Below, piece by piece: positions 35,588 through 42,493 of a stretch of DNA of 45,226 bases. This DNA comes from a virus, in the IMG/VR virus record IMGVR_UViG_3300035181_001114, positions 1-45,226 of that record; one strand, written 5' to 3'. Position 1 is the first letter of the stretch, and the number at the start of each line of letters is the position of its first letter. The notes under the pieces are model-generated. The model searched no databases. It saw nothing but the letters and a program-made list of their open reading frames with translations, and was not told the DNA's origin. A program made the position numbers and the translations under genes.

Positions 35588-36424
35588 TTAATTTCCTAAA
35601 AAGTTTAAATATTTTTTCATTTTATAAGTCGATAATCTGGCTTCTCTTTCTCGTACCTGAGGGTTATACCATTCTCCGCTATTTTGTGCATGTACATATT
35701 TGCTAAGAGCATAATCAAAAACTTTAAAACCAGTATCCGCTTGCACCTCATTCATTTTTATAAACGCCAAATTAAACGGTTCATTTTTGCTGCAAAATAC
35801 AAATCTAAAAATACAAGGTTTACCAAAATGCTTTTCTGCTACAAATTTGTAAAAAGCAAATTGCAGCAAATAATCATAATCTGCTATTGCATCATCAAAA
35901 TCGTTATCGTTATCTTTAGATGTTGATTTTATATCGTCAACATACACAACATTTGCATGCTCTATGCAACGATCAAGCATTACCTTTAATTTTGTGCCAT
36001 TTTCTAAATCTAATACAATAACCACCTCGCTATAAATATTTATAGCATCTTGATGATATTTACTCCATTCGTATTGTTCCGGCAATTCGGCTGCTATAGA
36101 TTTACACAATAAATGCTCATCTACACTAATTAGTGACAATCCAGCTTCTTGCGCTATAGCATGATTTGCAATGCCAATTTTAGTGCTTTTTCTACGCTCG
36201 CCAACCATAAAGTTTTTATCAAATTCTTCTGGCTCTAAAACTAAACAATGTATTGCCCGTCCAACCACAAAATGGCGATCCTCTTCTGGCTTTTCAACAG
36301 TTTTTGCAATATATATTTTATAAAATAATTTTGCATCTGCAAAAAAATCACGAAGTTTTGAGCTATTAATTGCATCTATTTCGCAATAATTTTTAAAAGA
36401 TATTTTTATTAGTTCTGTTCTCAT
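35588..36424 (-). CDS. PD-(D/E)xK exonuclease (RecE/exonuclease VIII C-terminal-like)
   Basis: FVVGRAIHCLVLEPEEFDKNF and VYVDDIKSTSK (D..D-x-K) fit PDDEXK exonucleases that partner with RecT. It is the first gene after promoter module A. Confidence 0.65.
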   Translation of the reverse strand: MRTELIKISFKNYCEIDAINSSKLRDFFADAKLFYKIYIAKTVEKPEEDRHFVVGRAIHCLVLEPEEFDKNFMVGERRKSTKIGIANHAIAQEAGLSLISVDEHLLCKSIAAELPEQYEWSKYHQDAINIYSEVVIVLDLENGTKLKVMLDRCIEHANVVYVDDIKSTSKDNDNDFDDAIADYDYLLQFAFYKFVAEKHFGKPCIFRFVFCSKNEPFNLAFIKMNEVQADTGFKVFDYALSKYVHAQNSGEWYNPQVREREARLSTYKMKKYLNFLGN

Positions 36425-36532
36425 TTTGTTTATCTCATTTTGTTTTTTGCTGGCAAACCATTTACCAGCTCATGACCGTATTATGCCATAACTAAAATCT
36501 AAATGTCAAGTCTTTTTTACATTTATTTTTAA
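36421..36532 (-). promoter_or_regulatory. Early leftward promoter/operator module, copy A
   Basis: On the minus strand: TTGACA (36509-36504), 18-nt spacer, TGgCATAAT (-10 hexamer at 36485-36480), then palindrome GCTGGTAAATGGTTTGCCAGC (36469-36449), RBS and ATG 36424. An 84-bp core is identical to copy B. Confidence 0.6.
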
Positions 36533-36570
36533 ATTTTGATTGTGCGACGTAAAATGTTTTATGTGAAACA

Positions 36571-36861
36571 TTAATTACCAACAGTTATCCAACTAAAATA
36601 CCCGGTGTATTGGCAATTGCTTTCATCGCGAGACACTAAAATTGAAGCGCCCCCGTTTGTGCCAATTGCGGCAAATGCATAAATAGGTAATCCACTGCTT
36701 CCCTGAGATGTCACAGAAATTGCAAAAGATGTGGCGCTAGTGTATTTTTGAGGCAAATTAATTGTTATGCTACAACCATTAATTTGTCCCGAACCGTATT
36801 GCGTAAAGTCTGCAAAAACTGATGAACATAAAAAACATAATATTATAAAAAATTTTATCAT
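36571..36861 (-). CDS. Small secreted protein of unknown function
   Basis: 96 aa with signal peptide MIKFFIILCFLCSSVFA. It is the last gene of the 39.9-36.5 kb operon. Confidence 0.55.
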   Translation of the reverse strand: MIKFFIILCFLCSSVFADFTQYGSGQINGCSITINLPQKYTSATSFAISVTSQGSSGLPIYAFAAIGTNGGASILVSRDESNCQYTGYFSWITVGN

Positions 36862-38504
36862 TAAATAAACTCCACACTTAAACCATTTGCTTTTAATTTA
36901 GCTACAGCCTGTATTATTAAATTTTGCTTTTCAGCGCCGAGACGAAGATTTTGAAAAATTAATTGTGGCTTTTCTACTTGTTCCAAACTTTGTGTAACCT
37001 TAACAACAGCTTCAGATTTATCAGTAACCTCATAGTTATTTTTAATTATTTCCATATCTGCTTGAGCTTTTTTAGCTAATTTTTCCCGATTTTCCATATC
37101 TTTTTTGATATAATCAGCAGCAACTTCATAATCTGTAAATTTTTCAATTGGATAATTAGCATAAGTATAAGATGTCATATAATTATTATTAAGATGCTCA
37201 ATTAAACGTGTGCGGCTCTCAATTTGAGTGTTTTTTAATTCACTCTGAATACGTTCATAATCTTGTTGTTTAAACAATGCTTCAGCTCTATTATCAATAT
37301 CAATTTTGATTTTTTCTAAAGTCCATTTTTGTAAAAAATATTCGTCTGAACAAACTAATAAACCAGCATATTTTGAATTTAACATAAATTTAATTGATGC
37401 TTGCTTCAATAGCTCATCAATTTTTACGCCTTTTGCGGCTTTTGCAATTGCTTCAATTTTTTTCAATTCTGCGTCATATTTACTAATATAATTTTCAATT
37501 TCAGCATCACCTTTTTTAATTTTATTTTCTAAATCAGTGATGGGAGCTTTAATCTCTTTAACAATTGCAATTCTGCGGTCGCTTATCTCTTTTTGAAATT
37601 TACGCAATTTAGCCAATGTATCAGTTAATATTTCTTTAGTTAAATTAGTGCCTAATTCTTTAATTGGCATAATTACTTGATTAATACTTTCTTTAAATTT
37701 GTTTTCATCAAATGTAATTTCTGGTTGTTTAAATACAATATCAAATGTAATTTCTGTGTTTAATTGATAAGTATTGTTAATAATTTCTGGTTGATTTGTC
37801 ATAATAATTTGTGAATCCTCTTCTTTAAATGAGATTAAGTTTGATATATCGCATGCCATTAGAATGCCGTCAATATTAATTTTAGCAACTGTCGTGCCAA
37901 ATATCATGCGTTGAAAAACCCCTGTTTTACCATAATTTGTAGGTTCATTGCCCACATATTTTACAATCATGCCTGAATGCATAAAATCTAATTTTGAATT
38001 GACTGTTTTAATTAATCTTAATGTCATGTTACAATCTGCCAACGCTCTATGCGCTAATATATCTGATATATCAATTTTCATGTGTTCGCATGCTTTAGTT
38101 AATTTTATCCATTTTGTTGATTCAGTAAATTGTTGATACCATTTCATTACACATATACTTGATGCTCTAAATGTATCAAATGCTTTTGCATCATTAGCGC
38201 ATTGCATTAATAATCTTATATCATAATCTGCATTGTAGATAACAATTTTTTTATTATACAAAATGTTAAAAATTTCGTCTTCAATCTCAATAAACGTAGG
38301 AGAATTTGCTACCATTTCATTAGTAATACCATGTATTTTAATAGCTTCTTCAGGAATGGGATTAATAGGTTTAACTAACGTATTAATTAAAGGCTTCCCA
38401 TTACTATCTATTATTGTAATTTCGCATATTTCTGCTTTACTATCTAGTCCTGTTGTTTCAGTATCTAAGATTAGTGTATTTTCGTTTAAAATTATTTTAT
38501 CCAT
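36861..38504 (-). CDS. DnaQ-like DEDDh 3'-5' exonuclease fused to a long coiled-coil C-terminal region
   Basis: LILDTETTGLD (Exo I), VIYNADYDIRLL (Exo II) and HRALADCNMTL (Exo III, His type) lie in the first ~170 aa. The remaining ~370 aa is K/E/I-rich and helical. Confidence 0.8.
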   Translation of the reverse strand: MDKIILNENTLILDTETTGLDSKAEICEITIIDSNGKPLINTLVKPINPIPEEAIKIHGITNEMVANSPTFIEIEDEIFNILYNKKIVIYNADYDIRLLMQCANDAKAFDTFRASSICVMKWYQQFTESTKWIKLTKACEHMKIDISDILAHRALADCNMTLRLIKTVNSKLDFMHSGMIVKYVGNEPTNYGKTGVFQRMIFGTTVAKINIDGILMACDISNLISFKEEDSQIIMTNQPEIINNTYQLNTEITFDIVFKQPEITFDENKFKESINQVIMPIKELGTNLTKEILTDTLAKLRKFQKEISDRRIAIVKEIKAPITDLENKIKKGDAEIENYISKYDAELKKIEAIAKAAKGVKIDELLKQASIKFMLNSKYAGLLVCSDEYFLQKWTLEKIKIDIDNRAEALFKQQDYERIQSELKNTQIESRTRLIEHLNNNYMTSYTYANYPIEKFTDYEVAADYIKKDMENREKLAKKAQADMEIIKNNYEVTDKSEAVVKVTQSLEQVEKPQLIFQNLRLGAEKQNLIIQAVAKLKANGLSVEFI

Positions 38505-38822
38505 TTAATTACTTTCTTCAATTAGATCACAATCGTTTAAATGTGATTCATTCTTATTACATAGCCGTGTTTCACTTTCACCAATATATAAATCTAATGG
38601 TATTTCGCTATCATTTGATCTGACAATTGGTCCATGAAAATGAATATTAACACTCTGATTTTGGTTTTCATAATTTTGGGGAGTCGCTGGATTTGAACCT
38701 GCACCACACATTGTAGGACTTAATTCTTCATCCATAACAGAGATTGCTAATTTTGTAAATTCATCCTCATATTTTTTTATAATAAAATCTACACTTAAGG
38801 AAGTTTCCTTTATAATTTTCAT
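38505..38822 (-). CDS. Hypothetical protein
   Basis: 105 aa with start/stop overlaps on both sides. Confidence 0.5.
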   Translation of the reverse strand: MKIIKETSLSVDFIIKKYEDEFTKLAISVMDEELSPTMCGAGSNPATPQNYENQNQSVNIHFHGPIVRSNDSEIPLDLYIGESETRLCNKNESHLNDCDLIEESN

Positions 38823-39160
38823 TTTATTTCTCCTAAAATAAAGTTGTTATAATGCTCTTGGGCCACTGCTTGTGCTTCTTCTATTGTATTAAAAAGCCCC
38901 ATTGGCTCCGGGACTTCATAACCAGGAGTATCATAAATATTTAAGATAAATCTACCGCTATATATCCTCAAGTTTATGCGTTCTGGTGTAATTGCATATT
39001 GTTGAGCAGAGTTAAATTCATTCCATTCTAACGCTTTTACTTGCGGGGTCAAACAACATATCTTAGCTATAATATCATATTTAAGATTCTCGGATATTTC
39101 ATCATCAAATTGATTGATTAAATCAATAAGTTTTTGTTTCTGGACTTTAAATTGTTTCAT
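38819..39160 (-). CDS. Hypothetical protein
   Basis: 113 aa, adjacent to the small membrane ORF. Confidence 0.5.
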   Translation of the reverse strand: MKQFKVQKQKLIDLINQFDDEISENLKYDIIAKICCLTPQVKALEWNEFNSAQQYAITPERINLRIYSGRFILNIYDTPGYEVPEPMGLFNTIEEAQAVAQEHYNNFILGEIK

Positions 39161-39328
39161 TTAAAATTCTCCATAAAACATTAAACTTAATCCAATTATG
39201 AAAAATAATGGAAGGAAGAATATTAGCCAAAAAAAGATTAAATCTTGATTAGTTGCATTAATATGAATTAAATCCAATATGCCTATAAAAATAATTAATT
39301 GTTGGAGAAACATAATTTTATTTATCAT
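39161..39328 (-). CDS. Small hydrophobic membrane protein (50-55 aa)
   Basis: (MINKI)MFLQQLIIFIGILDLIHINATNQDLIFFWLIFFLPLFFIIGLSLMFYGEF has two hydrophobic segments. ATG 39328 overlaps the upstream stop (ATGA). Below the ORF-track cutoff. Confidence 0.45.
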   Translation of the reverse strand: MINKIMFLQQLIIFIGILDLIHINATNQDLIFFWLIFFLPLFFIIGLSLMFYGEF

Positions 39329-39582
39329 TTGTTATACTCTTTATTTAAATATAAATATTTCATAGTGCGGCCTTTACGTTGTATAAATAGTTTCCTACCT
39401 AATTCAAAAGCTTTATAACATTTGCGTCTGCTAATCCCCTTATCGCGATAATTTTCTTCTGCAACATTTTTAATCTTATGATATCGGGCAACCACACATT
39501 CAGAGTAAAATTCCATTAAATTTTCTTTAAGTTCAGTTAAATTTTTCATCTCATTATTCCGTTTCGTTAAATTAAAAATCAA
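39325..39582 (-). CDS. Hypothetical basic protein
   Basis: 85 aa, Lys/Arg-rich. Confidence 0.5.
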   Translation of the reverse strand: MIFNLTKRNNEMKNLTELKENLMEFYSECVVARYHKIKNVAEENYRDKGISRRKCYKAFELGRKLFIQRKGRTMKYLYLNKEYNK

Positions 39583-39782
39583 TTAATCGTTAAATTTATT
39601 ATATTATTGTCAATATTAAAAACTTTATAAAAAAAATATGTTTTATCTAATTTAGTATTATTTTCAAAATTTTGCTCAACATTAACAAACTGTATAATAC
39701 GCTTCAAGCTTGTTGTTTGATACTTTTTTTGAAGTGTATCAATATTATATTGCTTATCATTAATTATTATTGTTTTCAACAT
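39579..39782 (-). CDS. Hypothetical protein
   Basis: 67 aa with an ATGA-type overlap downstream. Confidence 0.5.
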   Translation of the reverse strand: MLKTIIINDKQYNIDTLQKKYQTTSLKRIIQFVNVEQNFENNTKLDKTYFFYKVFNIDNNIINLTIN

Positions 39783-39871
39783 TATAAATTCCTAAATTTA
39801 TCGTTATTCCAATAATTGCAATGTTTTGCAATTTTAGTGTTATATATTTTTTCGTCAATAATTTCTTTCAT
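39782..39871 (-). CDS. Leader micro-ORF (29 aa) at promoter module B
   Basis: ATG 39871 occupies the same position in the repeat as the exonuclease ATG in copy A, with a GAGGT RBS. It encodes MKEIIDEKIYNTKIAKHCNYWNNDKFRNL. TAATG overlap with the next gene. Confidence 0.35.
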   Translation of the reverse strand: MKEIIDEKIYNTKIAKHCNYWNNDKFRNL

Positions 39872-39980
39872 TTTGGTTACCTCATTTTGTTTTTTTGCTG
39901 GCAAACCATTTACCAGCTCATGACCGTATTATGCCATAACTAAAATCTAAATGTCAAGTCTTTTTTACATTTATTTTTAA
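39868..39980 (-). promoter_or_regulatory. Early leftward promoter/operator module, copy B
   Basis: TTGACA (39957-39952), 18-nt spacer, TGgCATAAT (-10 hexamer at 39933-39928), and palindrome GCTGGTAAATGGTTTGCCAGC (39917-39897). 39897-39980 is identical to 36449-36532. Confidence 0.6.
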
Positions 39981-40032
39981 GTTTTTTATTTAAAAAATTA
40001 ACTTTAATGATCGCAATGGTTTATATTTGTTT

Positions 40033-40060
40033 TTGCATTTAAATAAATTTGTGTTATAAT
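40033..40060 (+). promoter_or_regulatory. Rightward early promoter (TTGCAT-16-TGtTATAAT)
   Basis: TTGCAT 40033-40038 and TGTTATAAT 40052-60. It is followed by the perfect palindrome TTAACGTTAA (40067-40076), then the RBS and GTG 40091. Confidence 0.5.
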
Positions 40061-40090
40061 CATTACTTAACGTTAAAAGGATAATTTATT

Positions 40091-40321
40091 GTGAAAATGA
40101 ATAAAACAAAACAAAACATATTGAAAAAATTAAAGATTGGAGAAAATAAAATATTTTTAGGTGTTATTGCAAATAAATTAAAAATAACTAGACCTACTCT
40201 TAATAAATATTTAGCTCAATTAACAGAGGAGGGGTATTTAAATAAAAAGATTAATGCTGGAATAAACGGTGGCACGATGGGAGACGCCAAATACTGTACA
40301 TTGATTGTGAGATTAAAATAA
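40091..40321 (+). CDS. Winged-helix/HTH DNA-binding regulator
   Basis: 76 aa. LGVIANKLKITRPTLNKYLAQLTEEGYLNKK is a typical HTH plus wing. It is the first gene of the rightward early operon, divergent from promoter module B. Confidence 0.6.
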   Translation: MKMNKTKQNILKKLKIGENKIFLGVIANKLKITRPTLNKYLAQLTEEGYLNKKINAGINGGTMGDAKYCTLIVRLK

Positions 40322-40743
40322 TGTCTACAAAATTAGAAAATCCATTTAAAAATTTAGGGGCTAGTATTACAATGAAAGTTTGGCATAAAGGGCATGAAAA
40401 TTGCCAAAAAAAATATGGATACGATAATTGTAAAAAAGATACAATAACGTTTAAAATGCCGGATATACTTGATACTAAAGTTGATGATTTCTGTCAACGG
40501 CACCAAACATATTTTGATAATGAATTACATAGATTTCCATCTGGAAATATCAAATGGATTGGTTGTCCAATCTGTAAAATAAATGATAAAAAATTTAGAG
40601 ATAAAGCCGATTTCATATATGTTATGCAAGAAGCCGGAATGCGCTTAAATCAAGATACAAAAGAATGGTTTATGCCCGGAGAACCCGGAGAAGAAACATT
40701 AGAAAAAGGTCGCTATAAAAGCGTAGGTTTTAAACGTGATTGA
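40321..40743 (+). CDS. Cys/His-containing (possible zinc-binding) protein of unknown function
   Basis: 140 aa with CQRH...(24 aa)...CPIC. The start overlaps the upstream stop (TAATG). Confidence 0.5.
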   Translation: MSTKLENPFKNLGASITMKVWHKGHENCQKKYGYDNCKKDTITFKMPDILDTKVDDFCQRHQTYFDNELHRFPSGNIKWIGCPICKINDKKFRDKADFIYVMQEAGMRLNQDTKEWFMPGEPGEETLEKGRYKSVGFKRD

Positions 40744-40754
40744 AGGATAATTGT

Positions 40755-41672
40755 ATGAACATTGGTAAAAAAAATAATTGGCTAAAATTAAAAGTAGATT
40801 TTTTCAGTTCTCCTGCTGTAAAAAAGTTACGAAAAATTGCAGGTGGTGATAAATATTTAATCATTTATCAAAAATTAATGTTGCTTACAGTTAATACCGA
40901 AGGTCACTACGAATATCAAAAATTAGAGGAAAAAATCGAAGATGAATTGGCTTTAATTTTGGATGAAGAGGTAGATAATATCAAAATGGCGTTAAGTTTT
41001 TTGCGCAGCACAAATTTAATGCAAGATATTGATATTAATACAGTTTTCTTTAATGATGTGCCTAAACTCATTGGTAAATATGACGATTCATCGGAAAGGG
41101 TTGCAAAATATAGGCTTCGCAAAAGGTCAATAGACGAATGTAACGCGTTACAAAATGTTACATGTAACGAATGTAACGGCGATGTAACATGTGAGTGTAA
41201 CGAATGTAACGCTCCTAGAGAAAGAGAAAGAGAAAGAGAAAGAGAAAGAGTAGTACAAGTACAGCGCGTGCGCGCTACTTCGGAAAAACCCGAGCCAACA
41301 AATTTGGACTCACCTGATTACATCAAAAAAATGGCAAATAATAGTTTTGAAAATTGGAAGCAAATTGCAAAAGAACAAAATACAAAATTTACAAACTCAG
41401 AGTGGGACACAATCTATGGTTACATTTTAGCTAAACCATCATTACAACCGCATCAAATACGATCAACAATAATCACTCTCAATAAATGGGCAAATGAGGC
41501 TTTAGACATTGAGGATGCACTACTTACAGGACAAAACTACAGAGCATTAGTTAAGCCTCGACAGCGTATCATGATTGACAAAAAAAATAATCGTCTTTAT
41601 GGCAATTTATTGATTGATCATCGCAATAAACTCATTGAGATTGAAGAGTTTGAGGTAAAACAACAACAGTAA
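40755..41672 (+). CDS. Phage replisome organizer / replication initiation protein
   Basis: ATG 40755 follows GAAGGA. The N-terminus NWLKLKVDFFSSPAVKKLRKIAGGDKYLIIYQKLMLL matches the Phage_rep_org_N pattern (w.kl..dff.d.ki..l....G..y.liY..l). The gene carries an internal iteron array. Confidence 0.6.
   Translation: MNIGKKNNWLKLKVDFFSSPAVKKLRKIAGGDKYLIIYQKLMLLTVNTEGHYEYQKLEEKIEDELALILDEEVDNIKMALSFLRSTNLMQDIDINTVFFNDVPKLIGKYDDSSERVAKYRLRKRSIDECNALQNVTCNECNGDVTCECNECNAPRERERERERERVVQVQRVRATSEKPEPTNLDSPDYIKKMANNSFENWKQIAKEQNTKFTNSEWDTIYGYILAKPSLQPHQIRSTIITLNKWANEALDIEDALLTGQNYRALVKPRQRIMIDKKNNRLYGNLLIDHRNKLIEIEEFEVKQQQ
41139..41210. repeat. Iteron-like array of TGTAAC(G) motifs (candidate origin of replication)
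   Basis: Six direct TGTAAC copies (41139, 41163, 41172, 41183, 41196, 41205) and two inverted GTTACA copies (41147, 41157). This includes the 12-bp palindrome GTTACATGTAAC (41157-41168). Confidence 0.6.
41217..41250. repeat. (AGAGAA)n purine microsatellite
   Basis: agagaaagagaaagagaaagagaaagagaaagag, about 5.5 hexamer units. It encodes RERERERERER. Confidence 0.9.
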
Positions 41673-41685
41673 TTCAAAAAATAAT

Positions 41686-41714
41686 TTGACAAATAGAAAA
41701 TCTCAAGGTATAAT
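41686..41714 (+). promoter_or_regulatory. Perfect-consensus sigma70 promoter (TTGACA-17-TATAAT)
   Basis: TTGACA 41686-41691, a 17-nt spacer and TATAAT 41709-41714, in the 158-bp gap after the replication gene. Confidence 0.7.
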
Positions 41715-41720
41715 GCAGTC

Positions 41721-41813
41721 TGTACTTTGAATTTATGTATCGAAACGGATAAATTGAATGTACGCATTCATCGAAAAACCCCGCTCCGTTTCAATTCTCA
41801 GTGGGGTTTTTTT
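41721..41813 (+). ncRNA. Candidate ~93-nt structured leader RNA / sRNA ending at an intrinsic terminator
   Basis: The RNA runs from the predicted TSS (~41721) to the U-tract at 41813. It contains hairpin UGAAUG-UACG-CAUUCA (41755-41770), pairing of 41742-49 with 41785-92, and a terminator hairpin. No ORF. Confidence 0.45.
41778..41813 (+). terminator. Rho-independent terminator
   Basis: ACCCCGCU (41778-85) pairs with AGUGGGGU (41800-07), with one G-U pair and a 14-nt loop. It is followed by U7 (41807-13) and preceded by A5. Confidence 0.55.
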
Positions 41814-41830
41814 ATTTAAAAAGGATAATC

Positions 41831-42106
41831 ATGCAAATATCAGAAATTTTAACAGTTAACGAAACAACAATACCAAATTTGGTTTTTACAAAAATAATTT
41901 TGGCCGATAACAGACTCGTGATCAAAGTTACTCACGGTGAAGATTCGCAATTAACACAATCTGGTGGTGGAATGGCTAGGTTTGTATTAGACCAACAGCC
42001 CGCAGCAGCTCCGAGAGATTTAACACAAGAAGAATTACAGCAAATTGCTAAAGATGTAGCCGCTGAAGCACAACCAGAGCAAACAGCTTCAGAAAATCAA
42101 GCGTAG
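41831..42106 (+). CDS. Hypothetical protein (first gene after the leader terminator)
   Basis: ATG 41831 follows AAAGGA (the track start at 41801 lies inside the terminator). 92 aa. Confidence 0.55.
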   Translation: MQISEILTVNETTIPNLVFTKIILADNRLVIKVTHGEDSQLTQSGGGMARFVLDQQPAAAPRDLTQEELQQIAKDVAAEAQPEQTASENQA

Positions 42107-42115
42107 GCAGTTAAA

Positions 42116-42493
42116 ATGATGATTTTGTGTGATCTGCATGGCACTTTATTAAACGAAAACGAACAAATTAATGATGTTGTTGCTGATTGTTTAAGAGGTT
42201 TTGCATACAGAAAATACGATATTTGTTTGATTACTGCTGCAAATTTACATCCACTAGATAAAGCAAAAATAGAAAATTTGTTAAAAGTTGCTTGCCTTCC
42301 GTGGGATAATATTTATTCACCTAATGAAGAGAGTAAAGATGATGTTAAAACTAAGGAAACTTTACTGAATCAAATCATAAAATCCTATGGCGACCCTATA
42401 TCTTTAGCAATTGATAACAGAAAAGATGTATGTAAAATGTATCGTAAACACAGGATTGATACTATGCGGTTTAAAGAATCTGATTATGATTGA
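42116..42493 (+). CDS. HAD-fold-like protein with an atypical motif I (DLHGTL)
   Basis: MILCDLHGTL resembles HAD motif I (DxDGTL) with His in place of the second Asp. ICLITAAN and AIDNRKD are plausible motifs II and IV. Weak assignment. Confidence 0.3.
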   Translation: MMILCDLHGTLLNENEQINDVVADCLRGFAYRKYDICLITAANLHPLDKAKIENLLKVACLPWDNIYSPNEESKDDVKTKETLLNQIIKSYGDPISLAIDNRKDVCKMYRKHRIDTMRFKESDYD

